A stretch of DNA of 64,000 nt from Victivallaceae bacterium (lineage in GTDB: Bacteria > Verrucomicrobiota > Lentisphaeria > Victivallales > Victivallaceae): positions 491 through 64,490 of the forward strand of contig JAQUYX010000001.1 in the NCBI GenBank assembly GCA_028691615.1, written 5' to 3'. Below are positions 19,783 to 28,413 of this stretch, in pieces. Made by a program: the position numbers and the translations under genes. Within the stretch, counting starts at the first letter, position 1; every line of letters starts with the position of its first letter. The notes beneath the pieces are model-generated. The model was not told the origin of the DNA and searched no databases. It saw only the letters and a list, made by a program, of their open reading frames with translations.

Positions 19783-21066
19783 ATGAACATACTCGAAAAA
19801 ATCGATACTCGTACGGCGAAAATCGCCGTCATCGGACTCGGCTATGTCGGGCTGCCGCTGGCGGCGGAATTCGGGAAGTTTTTTCATGTCATCGGATTCG
19901 ACGTCAAAGAGGAGCGGCTGAAAGAGCTGTCCGCCGGGGCAGACCGCACCGGGGAGCTTTCGCCGGAGGAGCTGGCGCAAGCAACTAAACTCACATTCTC
20001 CTCCGACCCGGATCAGCTCAAAGACCGGGACATCTTCATTGTCACAGTGCCGACGCCGGTGAATCTGCACAAGGAGCCGGATCTCACGCCGCTGGTCAAG
20101 GCCAGCGCCACCGTCGGCAAGGCGCTCAAGCGCGGGGCCATCGTCATCTACGAAAGCACCGTTTATCCCGGATGCACCGAGGAAGAGTGCGTGCCGGTTC
20201 TTGAGCAGCACAGCCATTTGACCTTCAATCAGGATTTCTTCTGCGGATACAGCCCCGAACGAATCAACCCCGGCGACAAAGTGCACCGGGTCGGCAGCAT
20301 CCGCAAAATCACTTCCGGGTCAACCCCGGAAATCGCCGAAGCGGTGGACAGACTGTATCGCACCATCATCACCGCCGGGACGTACCGGGCCGAATCGCTG
20401 AAGGTGGCGGAAGCGGCCAAAGTCATCGAAAACTCCCAGCGCGATTTGAACATCGCCTTCGTCAACGAACTGGCCAAAATTTTCCACCTGATCGGCATCG
20501 ACACCAACGCGGTGCTCGAAGCGGCCGGCACCAAATGGAATTTTCTGCCCTTCCGTCCGGGTCTTGTCGGCGGCCACTGCATCGGCGTGGACCCCTACTA
20601 CCTCACCTACAAGGCGCAGTCGCTGGGGTATCTGCCCGAAGTGATTCTCTCAGGGCGGCGGATCAATGACGGCATGGGAGCCTACATCGCCACCGAAGTA
20701 GTCAAGCTGCTGATCCGCAACGATGAGAGAATTAACCATGCGCCGGTGCTGGTGCTGGGGATCACCTTCAAGGAAAACTGCAACGACGTCAGAAATTCGA
20801 AAGCCGCCGATGTGGTTCACTCGTTACAGGAGTTCGGCTGCGAAGTCACGGTTTGCGATCCGCTGGCGGACCCCGTTGAAGTGCGCAGGGAATACCAGAT
20901 TGAAAGCAGGAACGATCCGCAGAATCTCGTGCTGGAGGATTTTTCCGCCGTGGTGCTCACCGTGGCGCATGACGCCTTCCGCACGCTGGATTTCTCGAAT
21001 TTTTCCGGTGTGCTGTACGACGTGAAAGGCTTCTTTCCACGGGAAAAAGTTTCCGGGCGGCTCTGA
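19783..21066 (+). CDS. Nucleotide-sugar dehydrogenase (UDP-N-acetyl-hexosamine 6-dehydrogenase, TviB/WbpO-like)
   Basis: 427 aa. N-terminal Rossmann motif (IAVIGLGYVGLPLA) and catalytic region GGHCIGVDP. Confidence 0.85.
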   Translation: MNILEKIDTRTAKIAVIGLGYVGLPLAAEFGKFFHVIGFDVKEERLKELSAGADRTGELSPEELAQATKLTFSSDPDQLKDRDIFIVTVPTPVNLHKEPDLTPLVKASATVGKALKRGAIVIYESTVYPGCTEEECVPVLEQHSHLTFNQDFFCGYSPERINPGDKVHRVGSIRKITSGSTPEIAEAVDRLYRTIITAGTYRAESLKVAEAAKVIENSQRDLNIAFVNELAKIFHLIGIDTNAVLEAAGTKWNFLPFRPGLVGGHCIGVDPYYLTYKAQSLGYLPEVILSGRRINDGMGAYIATEVVKLLIRNDERINHAPVLVLGITFKENCNDVRNSKAADVVHSLQEFGCEVTVCDPLADPVEVRREYQIESRNDPQNLVLEDFSAVVLTVAHDAFRTLDFSNFSGVLYDVKGFFPREKVSGRL

Positions 21067-21181
21067 CCAAAAAATTCCAGCGACAGATTCCGGCTGCCCG
21101 CAAACAAGCGGAAAATATTTCCCGTTTGCAAAAGCGCGACAGCGAAGTTATATTACCAAGAAAAAAGGGAAATGGTTTTTC

Positions 21182-21400
21182 ATGCCCAAACGCTATAAAA
21201 TTCACAGATTTGTCGATCGTTACGGCGAGAGCGAAGGAGCCTGCCCGCGCTGCGGGGAGATTTTGTCGTTCGCCGATTTGGAAAGCTATGCGGTCTGTCC
21301 GTTCTGCGGATGTCTGCTGGAACAGGACGCCGCGCTGGAGGATTTCATTCTGACTCCGGTCATCCGCCAGTGGATCGGCTCGACCGGGATCACCCGATAA
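21182..21400 (+). CDS. Small zinc-ribbon protein, hypothetical
   Basis: 72 aa with CPRC...CPFC. No recognisable family. Confidence 0.4.
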   Translation: MPKRYKIHRFVDRYGESEGACPRCGEILSFADLESYAVCPFCGCLLEQDAALEDFILTPVIRQWIGSTGITR

Positions 21401-22433
21401 TCTGCGACGGGCGCGTAAAACAGAATTCGCAGGGAAGTCTTTCAGAGGCAATCGCTTCCCCGTCCATTGCGCACAGAAGTTTTTCCGCCAGACGCACCCC
21501 CGCGAGACGGCGGGGAGCCGCCACGGTGTGCCGCGCCGCCGGAATCCCCGGCAGACTCAACCCGTCGCATCCCACCACAGGAATAGTCAACTGCCGTTCC
21601 GCAAGCAGCGTCAAAAGCTCCGGCAACTGATGATCGTAAGCGGCGATCAGCGCGTCCGGCGTCGCATGTTCGAGCATTTCACGCAATGCCGCGCGGCCAT
21701 GTCCGACCAACGGACGGGCGTGCCCGATGATCGACGGAGTAAGCTGATAAAAATTCTGAATGGCGTCGCAATAGGCTTTATATTTGTGGAGAAGTCCGTT
21801 GTCCAGATAGCTGCGGGTCTCGCCGATGAAGGCGATCCGGCGGCACTGTTTCTGGCAAACAAGCCATCCGACAGCGTCGGCGATCCCCTTGCGGAAATCA
21901 AACGACACCTGCGGCACCACGCCGTCCTCAAGCGGATCACAGCCGGAAACCACCTTCTGCCCGGTCGCGACGACCTGATCGATCAAACGTTTTTCCCCGA
22001 TGCCGAGAATGATTTTGCCGACGGAGGGCGCCATGGCGAAGCGGTCGAGTTTCAGCAATCCGGTGGCCCCGTCGCTGCGCAGCATATTGAGCACCACCAG
22101 ACAATCGTGACGGCGCAGCGTCTCCACCAGTCCCGACCAGATTTCCCCCCAGTAATGATGCAGAAAAATCACCGGTTCCCCTTCGAAAATCACCTCGATC
22201 TGCCGGGGCGCCGGAAGCGTCGGAGGCGCCAGAACCACAGTTCCCGCCCGGCGTTTGCGTAAAACCTTTTTTTCCGCGGCGAGTTTACGCATGGCCTTGC
22301 CGACGGTTTTGACGTTGACGGAAAATTCCGCGGCCAGATCAAGATCGCGGGGCAGCCGGACGCCGGGGGCGATTTTTCCCGAAGCAATCCTTTGCCGCAA
22401 CACGCGGAGAATTTCGCTCTGCCGGTCGATCAT
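21390..22433 (-). CDS. Transcriptional regulator: GntR-type wHTH fused to a LacI/PBP1-type sugar-binding domain
   Basis: N-terminal GntR-like HTH (LPRDLDLAAEFSVNVKTVGKAMRKL), then a periplasmic-binding-protein-like fold. Start moved to MIDRQ. Confidence 0.75.
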   Translation of the reverse strand: MIDRQSEILRVLRQRIASGKIAPGVRLPRDLDLAAEFSVNVKTVGKAMRKLAAEKKVLRKRRAGTVVLAPPTLPAPRQIEVIFEGEPVIFLHHYWGEIWSGLVETLRRHDCLVVLNMLRSDGATGLLKLDRFAMAPSVGKIILGIGEKRLIDQVVATGQKVVSGCDPLEDGVVPQVSFDFRKGIADAVGWLVCQKQCRRIAFIGETRSYLDNGLLHKYKAYCDAIQNFYQLTPSIIGHARPLVGHGRAALREMLEHATPDALIAAYDHQLPELLTLLAERQLTIPVVGCDGLSLPGIPAARHTVAAPRRLAGVRLAEKLLCAMDGEAIASERLPCEFCFTRPSQIIG

Positions 22434-23257
22434 GGCGCAAAGGGGAGCTTGTCCAGATGAAACTCCCACGGTTGTTCCGGCTCGTAAAATACTTTCATCA
22501 GGAAAAGCCCCCGTCCCGGCGCGGTGTCCGGCGCGGCCAGACGGTTTTTCGCCTGCAGAATTTCCGTCACCGCGTCGGCGGAAAGACGACCGGCTCCGGC
22601 GAAGGCGAGCGTGCCGGTCAGACAGCGGATCATCTTGTAAAGGAAACCGTTGCCGATATACGTCAACGCCAGATGATCGCCGAACTCCTGCACGTCAATG
22701 CGGTAGATGGTGCGAATCGGGTCTTCGTCGAGTTTGCTGCGCTCGACCACAAAACTCGAATAGTCGTGCGTCCCCTCCAGACGTCCGGCCGCCTCCCGCA
22801 CGCGGTCGGGGTCCAACGGGAACGGCGTCCGCCAGCTGTAACGGTTGGCAAACGGCGTCTCGTCGCCGCGGTTGATCACGTAGGTGTAGGCTTTGCCCAG
22901 CGCGTCGTAGCGACTGTGAAAAGTCAGCGGAACCGGCTCGATGCGAACCACCCGGATATCCACCGGCAGCAAACGGTTCAACGCGGACCGGAGCTTCTCC
23001 GGTTCGATTTCCGGCCGTTCCGGGATGAGAAAACTGGCCACAAACCCCAACGCGTGCACTCCGGCGTCGGTCCGGCTGCAGCCGATCAGATGGATCAACT
23101 GCGCGCCGCCGTAAAGACGGGTGAGCACCCGCTGCAATTCGCCCTGCACGGTGACGCTGTTGGGCTGGATCTGCCAGCCGCCGTAATTGCTGCCGTCGTA
23201 AGAAATAATCAAACGGTAACGGCCCGCGGGTGTATAATTGGTCTCTTCCAGCCCCAT
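22430..23257 (-). CDS. truA: tRNA pseudouridine(38-40) synthase TruA
   Basis: YDGSNYGGWQ and RTDAGVHA motifs; 275 aa. Confidence 0.9.
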   Translation of the reverse strand: MGLEETNYTPAGRYRLIISYDGSNYGGWQIQPNSVTVQGELQRVLTRLYGGAQLIHLIGCSRTDAGVHALGFVASFLIPERPEIEPEKLRSALNRLLPVDIRVVRIEPVPLTFHSRYDALGKAYTYVINRGDETPFANRYSWRTPFPLDPDRVREAAGRLEGTHDYSSFVVERSKLDEDPIRTIYRIDVQEFGDHLALTYIGNGFLYKMIRCLTGTLAFAGAGRLSADAVTEILQAKNRLAAPDTAPGRGLFLMKVFYEPEQPWEFHLDKLPFAP

Positions 23258-23260
23258 GTG

Positions 23261-24400
23261 CTAAATCAGTCCTTCGGCTACGGTGTTCCAGAACAGCATC
23301 CCCTCTTCGGTCAGACGGTAGTCGCGACCGAACCACGACAGCTGCTGCCGCGCAAGAGAACGATAATCGTGTAATATAGCACATTCGCGTTCATTCGTCC
23401 AGAGGGCGGGAAAACGTTGCCGCCAAAAAGGATCGTCGCCCCAGCCGTCGGAAGTTCTCAACTCCATCGCGGCGATTTCGCGAAGCCGGGCTTCGGGGGA
23501 GATTTGATCCACCTCCGGCGCGGCGCCGGCGAGAAATTTTTCGATCGATTCAACCTGCCGGAAACGGTTCCCCCCGTCGAAGGAAGCGGCTCCCGCGCCG
23601 AGTCCGAAATAGGTGTCGCCTTTCCAGATATTGGCATTGTGACGGCAACGATGGCCTTCACGGGCATAGTTGGAAATTTCATAACGCTCGAAGCCGTGCG
23701 CGGCGGCCGTTTTTCCGGCCTGTCGCCACATGTCGCAGTCAAGGTCATCGTCGCCTTGGAAGGTTTTTCCGAGCCGGGCGGCCAAACGGGTGTTCTCCTC
23801 GACGGTCAGCGAATACGAGGAGAGATGCGTCAATCCGGGCAAATTCAAAGCGCGTTCCAGTTCGTCCTGCCAATCTTCCAGGGACTCGCCCTGAGCATGG
23901 TAGATGAGATCGCAGCTGAATTCGGGAAAGTTATTGCCGAGGGCCAGAGCGCGGTCGATCGCCGCGTCGGAGCATTCGCGTCCGAGAAAACGGCGTTTGG
24001 CTTCCCGGAAAGATTGCACGCCGACGCTGAGGCGGTTGGCGAAGGAGGCGAGCGCGGCGGCTTTTGTTTCGTCAAGCGTTTCGGGGTTTGCTTCGACAGA
24101 GATCTCCGCGCCGGGCACAAGCGGCAGGGCGGCGATCACGCTCCCGAGTTCGATCAATTCCTCGGTCTCGAGCAGCGTCGGGGTGCCGCCGCCAAGATAG
24201 ACGCTCTCAAGCCGCGCCGTGCCGGTGCGCGGGAAACGGCGCAGTTCCTCCAGCATGAAATGAAAGTAGCGGGTGCGCAGTTTTTGGGAAACGCCCGCTT
24301 CGGAGTAAAAAGCGCAGTAGTCGCATTTTCTGCGGCAAAACGGCCAATGTAAATAAAGATTGCGCCAGCAGGTCGTCGACGCCCCGGCCACGGAGTCCAT
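23261..24400 (-). CDS. hemW: Radical SAM heme chaperone HemW (coproporphyrinogen III oxidase-like)
   Basis: CRRKCDYC radical-SAM cluster motif, HemN_C-like C-terminus. Start moved to MDSVAG. Confidence 0.85.
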   Translation of the reverse strand: MDSVAGASTTCWRNLYLHWPFCRRKCDYCAFYSEAGVSQKLRTRYFHFMLEELRRFPRTGTARLESVYLGGGTPTLLETEELIELGSVIAALPLVPGAEISVEANPETLDETKAAALASFANRLSVGVQSFREAKRRFLGRECSDAAIDRALALGNNFPEFSCDLIYHAQGESLEDWQDELERALNLPGLTHLSSYSLTVEENTRLAARLGKTFQGDDDLDCDMWRQAGKTAAAHGFERYEISNYAREGHRCRHNANIWKGDTYFGLGAGAASFDGGNRFRQVESIEKFLAGAAPEVDQISPEARLREIAAMELRTSDGWGDDPFWRQRFPALWTNERECAILHDYRSLARQQLSWFGRDYRLTEEGMLFWNTVAEGLI

Positions 24401-24436
24401 ATGATTCCCCCTCCCGGCGGAAAAAAGGCAAAAAAA

Positions 24437-24513
24437 TGGCGAGAGAGACGGGACTCGAACCCGCAACATCCACCGTGACAGGGTGGTACTCTAACCAATT
24501 GAGCTACTCCCCC
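24437..24513 (-). tRNA. tRNA-Asp (GTC)
   Basis: Cloverleaf folded by hand. Acceptor GGGGGAG/CTCTCTC, anticodon loop CTGTCAC, TPsiC GGTTCGAGTCC, encoded CCA. Confidence 0.95.
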
Positions 24514-24583
24514 GCTTTTCAGCAGGCATGTCTTCGAAAATCTCCGGCGCGGCCATACTCTTGGCTTAAAAAGCTTAAGAAGA

Positions 24584-24660
24584 TGGCGAGAGAGACGGGA
24601 CTCGAACCCGCAACATCCACCGTGACAGGGTGGTACTCTAACCAATTGAGCTACTCCCCC
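24584..24660 (-). tRNA. tRNA-Asp (GTC), identical second copy
   Basis: 77/77 identical to 24437..24513. The two are separated by a 70-nt spacer. Confidence 0.95.
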
Positions 24661-24809
24661 GCGCGATTCGACTTTCTCGACAAGTCCTAAAGATACCTCC
24701 GATTTCCTTTTTTTCAAATCCAAAACCGGAAAAAAGCATTTTTTTTCTGATTTTTCATCAAAATCATATCGTAAAAGGTGGCGGACCGGATATATTATCG
24801 CAGCGAAGA

Positions 24810-24974
24810 GACGGCACTGACAAAAGTCCCGTCGATGGAATCCGGGTGGATCGGAACAGGAGTGGAATGGTGGATTTGAGCGTCGCTACTCGGAGAGTAA
24901 CGACCGAAAAGCCACCGTTTCAGGCCTTTTTCGAGGCACCGGAAGACACGACGCGAGTTTTGCCGAGTGCCGTC
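24810..24974 (+). repeat. 165-nt imperfect-palindrome repeat, copy A (reference copy)
   Basis: Termini GACGGCACT...AGTGCCGTC. Central hairpin GTCGCTACTC-GGA-GAGTAACGAC. The two arms are largely reverse-complementary. Confidence 0.85.
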
Positions 24975-25054
24975 CAGAGAGACAAGTTTTGAATCTTTTC
25001 CGATCCCGCATGATTATCCCAATGGGTTCGCCCGGAAAAAAAGGATTAGCCGAC

Positions 25055-25642
25055 ATGAAAATTTTCCCGTTCATTCCACTGTTCACGGCGCAGAATATGC
25101 GCAATCTCCAAATGCAGGCCGGCTGGATGGTTCTTTTCGGGGTGCTTCTGGCGCTGTTTCCAACGCAGACGGCGATGTTTCTGACGATGGCGTTCGGCTT
25201 TTTTCTTCTGGTCAACGGGATTGTGACGCTTTTTGCCGGGTTCCGCGGATCGATTGCGGTCGGGGTGGTGGTGCTGCTGATCGGCGGATTCTTCCTCTTC
25301 CGTCCGGGATTTGCCGATGTTGCGGCGATGGTGCTTCTCGGAGGGTTTCTGGCGGGGACGGGAGTTCTTCAGTTTCTCGCCGCGACCCGGATCAAGCAAG
25401 CGGGCGTGCCGGTGGCGGAGGTGGTGCTTTCCGCGCTGTTCTCGTTTGTGCTGGGAATCTTGTTTGTGGTGGCGCCCTTTGCGGGACTTCAGGCGTTGAT
25501 GATTGTCATTGGGGTGCTTCTGGCGATCTTCGGGATTGCGGAGCTGGCGCTCTTCCGACAGATTGCCAAAGGTCTTGCCGCGACGCAGACGGCGGACGCG
25601 ACGACGCTGAAAAACGTCACGCCCGATTCAGAGTCTCGCTAA
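25055..25642 (+). CDS. HdeD-family (DUF308) membrane protein
   Basis: Six hydrophobic segments with DUF308-type repeats (GVLLALFP..., LLIGGFFLF...). Start moved to MKIFPF. Confidence 0.75.
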   Translation: MKIFPFIPLFTAQNMRNLQMQAGWMVLFGVLLALFPTQTAMFLTMAFGFFLLVNGIVTLFAGFRGSIAVGVVVLLIGGFFLFRPGFADVAAMVLLGGFLAGTGVLQFLAATRIKQAGVPVAEVVLSALFSFVLGILFVVAPFAGLQALMIVIGVLLAIFGIAELALFRQIAKGLAATQTADATTLKNVTPDSESR

Positions 25643-25666
25643 TCGGTCACGCTCATCGCGTCCAAA

Positions 25667-25832
25667 GACGGCGCTGGCAAAAGTCCCGTCGATGGCTTCC
25701 GGATGAATCGGGAAAGGCGGTGGAATGGCGGATTTGAGTGTCGCTACTCGGAGAGTAACGACCGAAAAGCCGCCGTTTTCAGGCCGTTTCCGAGACGCCG
25801 GAAGACGCGGCGCGAGTTTGGTCAGGGCCGTC
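25667..25832 (+). repeat. Repeat copy B (166 nt)
   Basis: Full-length homolog of copy A. It overlaps the last 54 nt of gmhB on the opposite strand. Confidence 0.85.
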
Positions 25833-26372
25833 CATTTGAAAAATCAGATCCGTCGCCGCCGCAAGATTGTCAACGACATATTTCGGCGGTTCGGCAAGCT
25901 TGGAGAGCGTCTTTTCGCCGTAACCGGTCCGAACCAGAATGGAGGCGCGGCAATGCGCGCGCTCGCCCGCGGTCAAATCACTGACACGGTCGCCGACCAT
26001 ATAGCTCCGGGAAAGATCGATTCCGTATTTTGCGGCGGCGGCCAGGAGCATACCGGGATTGGGTTTGCGGCATTCGCACGGTCCAGAGAAATCCGGGTGG
26101 TGCGGGCAATAGAAAAAATCGTCAATCCGCGCCCCGGAAGGCGCCAGAAGCTCCCGGATTTTCGCATGAACCAGGGCGATGGCGCTCTCCGGATAAAGCC
26201 CGCGCGCGACCCCGGACTGGTTGGTCACCACAATGACATAAAATCCCATTTCGTTCATCCGCCGGATGGCGGAGCCGACGCCGGCCTCCAGAACAGCTTT
26301 GTCGGGATCGGAGAGATAATCCACTTCACGATTGACCACGCCGTCGCGATCGAGAAAACAGCACTTTTTCAT
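25779..26372 (-). CDS. gmhB: D-glycero-beta-D-manno-heptose-1,7-bisphosphate 7-phosphatase (HAD-IIIA)
   Basis: FLDRDGVVN motif and zinc-binding CPHHP...CECRKP motif. Start moved to MKKCCF. Confidence 0.8.
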   Translation of the reverse strand: MKKCCFLDRDGVVNREVDYLSDPDKAVLEAGVGSAIRRMNEMGFYVIVVTNQSGVARGLYPESAIALVHAKIRELLAPSGARIDDFFYCPHHPDFSGPCECRKPNPGMLLAAAAKYGIDLSRSYMVGDRVSDLTAGERAHCRASILVRTGYGEKTLSKLAEPPKYVVDNLAAATDLIFQMDGPDQTRAASSGVSETA

Positions 26373-26678
26373 CGGGAAAGTTTTGTTCCTTCCTTTTTTT
26401 CCATAATATACTTGATATTTTCCCCTTTGCAATGTATCTTAAAAAACCGATGAATTTTTAATGTATGGATCAGGAAAATGAGTTTCACGTTTTCTCATAT
26501 GTTTCAAGCGGGATTTCTTCCGATGATGTCCGGGGCGGCTCGACTTAGCCGTTCCGGCACTCTGCTGTCCGACTAAACAAGTTCGGACGGTCCCTGCCGG
26601 CGGCTTCCGGACCGTGATTGCCGGACTGATTTCTCCCGTTCCCGATTCCAAATTCAAGAGGAAAGCATTTGTGAAAAA

Positions 26679-28388
26679 ATGGAAAAATATCCAAAATATA
26701 TCGCATCGAAACCCATTCCGATTCAACACCGCCAATGGCCGAATCGCATTCTGACCGAAGCGCCGACGTGGACCAGCGTGGATCTGCGCGACGGCAATCA
26801 GGCGTTGCCCATTCCAATGTCCCCCGAGCAGAAACTCCAATATTTCAAGATGCTCGTCGGAATCGGATTCAAGGAAATTGAAGTGGGGTTTCCGTCCGCT
26901 TCTCAGGATGATTTCAACTTCGTGCGCGAACTCATCGAGCAGGGGCACATTCCTTCCGATGTGCGCATTTCCGTGCTGACCCAGGCGCGCAAGCACCTGA
27001 TCGACCGCACCGTGGAGTCGCTCGCGGGCGTCAAGCAGGCGATTTTGCACTGCTATGTGGCGACCAGCGATCTTCACGGCAGATTTGTCTTCGACCGCAA
27101 TCGCGAAGAGGTCGAAGAGATGGCCGTCGAAGGCACCCGCATGGTCGTGGACGCGCTCGAACACGCCAATATGCGCGATCGCGTCGCCTACGAATTTTCC
27201 CCCGAGGAGTTCACCGACAGCGATCTGGATTTTGTCCTCGAATTGTGCACGAAAGTCAAGGACGTCTGGGGACCGGCGAAGAAAAAAGATTTCATCCTCA
27301 ATCTGCCTGCGACCGTCGAACGGCGGCCGCCGAACCAGTATGCCGATATGATTGAATCGTTCATCTCCCGGTATCCTTACATGGACGAGGCAACCGTCAG
27401 CATCCATGCGCACAACGATCAGGGATGCGCGGTGGCGGCAAGTGAATTGGCATTGCTGGCGGGCGCGACCCGGGCGGAGGGCACGCTCTTCGGCCACGGC
27501 GAACGCACCGGCAATCTGGACATTATGGTGCTGGCGCTCAATTTGAAGTCGCGCGGAATCGATCCGAAGCTGGACTTCTCGCACATGAACGACATCGTGC
27601 GCGTGGTCGAGGAAAATTCGAACATCGAAGTGCATGTCCGCCATCCGTATGCGGGACAACTGGTGTTCACCGCCTTCTCGGGGTCGCATCAGGATGCCAT
27701 CCGCAAGGGATTCACCCGCCGCGAGGAGATTCAGGATTACTTCCATCAGGGCTGGAAAATGCCGTATCTGCACATCGACCCGGCGGACGTCGGGCGCGCG
27801 TATGAAAATCTGATCCGAATCAACAGCCAGTCCGGCAAGGGCGGCGTGGTTTACGTGTTGGAAAAGGAGTTCGGCATCCGCCCGCCCAAGCAAATGCATC
27901 AGGCGATCGGCAAGGCCGTGCAGGACGAGCTGGACAAGAACGGCGGCGAATTCGATTCCAAAGATCTGTTGAAGCTCTTCAACCGGGTTTTTGTCAATCT
28001 GCAGGGACCGTACTCGATGAACAACTACACCCGGGAAGTGCTCTCGCAGGAAGTCGGGGATTATGTCGGGGTGATTTTCAACTGGCGCTGCGAAGATCGG
28101 GAATACCGGCTCAGTTCGACCGGGAACGGACCGATCTCGGCAATGGCAAACGCGTTGCTGAACTCCGGCAAGACTCCGAAATTCAAGCTGGAAGATTTTT
28201 CCGAGCAGACGTTGGGCAGTCATGCCGACGCCAAGGCGCTGGCTTTCGTGGGACTGCGCATCGAAGGATGCCCCGATCTGATTTACGGAGCCGGCGAGCA
28301 CTCTAATATCGACCGCGCGGCTTTCGCCGCACTGATTACGGCACTGAATCTGGCGGTGCGCCACCACAACGTCCCGCTGGTCGGGTAG
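26679..28388 (+). CDS. leuA: 2-isopropylmalate synthase (long, LeuA type 2)
   Basis: 569 aa; DLRDGNQ catalytic motif, HAHNDQGCAVA, C-terminal LeuA dimerisation/regulatory domain. Confidence 0.95.
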   Translation: MEKYPKYIASKPIPIQHRQWPNRILTEAPTWTSVDLRDGNQALPIPMSPEQKLQYFKMLVGIGFKEIEVGFPSASQDDFNFVRELIEQGHIPSDVRISVLTQARKHLIDRTVESLAGVKQAILHCYVATSDLHGRFVFDRNREEVEEMAVEGTRMVVDALEHANMRDRVAYEFSPEEFTDSDLDFVLELCTKVKDVWGPAKKKDFILNLPATVERRPPNQYADMIESFISRYPYMDEATVSIHAHNDQGCAVAASELALLAGATRAEGTLFGHGERTGNLDIMVLALNLKSRGIDPKLDFSHMNDIVRVVEENSNIEVHVRHPYAGQLVFTAFSGSHQDAIRKGFTRREEIQDYFHQGWKMPYLHIDPADVGRAYENLIRINSQSGKGGVVYVLEKEFGIRPPKQMHQAIGKAVQDELDKNGGEFDSKDLLKLFNRVFVNLQGPYSMNNYTREVLSQEVGDYVGVIFNWRCEDREYRLSSTGNGPISAMANALLNSGKTPKFKLEDFSEQTLGSHADAKALAFVGLRIEGCPDLIYGAGEHSNIDRAAFAALITALNLAVRHHNVPLVG

Positions 28389-28413
28389 GCGTACGGAAAA
28401 GGGAGACATCGGC

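Noticed and set aside
24154-24723. 189-aa and 84/88-aa ORFs spanning the tRNA-Asp pair (internal duplicated peptide GGVAQLVRVPPCHGGCCGFESRLSRH)
   Set aside because: The duplicated peptide is simply the translation of the two identical tRNA genes.
24785-24800. 14-mer CGGATATATTATCG is shared between the region upstream of copy A and the apgM promoter (54032..54045)
   Set aside because: A few chance 14-mer repeats are expected in 64 kb. At 54036 it contains a good -10 with a proper -35, but at 24791 no acceptable -35 is present.
24437-24975. tRNA-Asp pair followed by a repeat element, considered as a possible integration hotspot or genomic island border
   Set aside because: There is no integrase, no direct repeat of the tRNA 3' end and no compositional shift. 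Flanking genes (hemW, hdeD-like, gmhB, leuA) are ordinary core genes.
26440-26678. Possible leucine attenuator or leader peptide upstream of leuA
   Set aside because: The only small ORF (MSFTFSHMFQAGFLPMMSG...) has no run of Leu codons, and I could not find an alternative terminator/antiterminator pair with a T-run.
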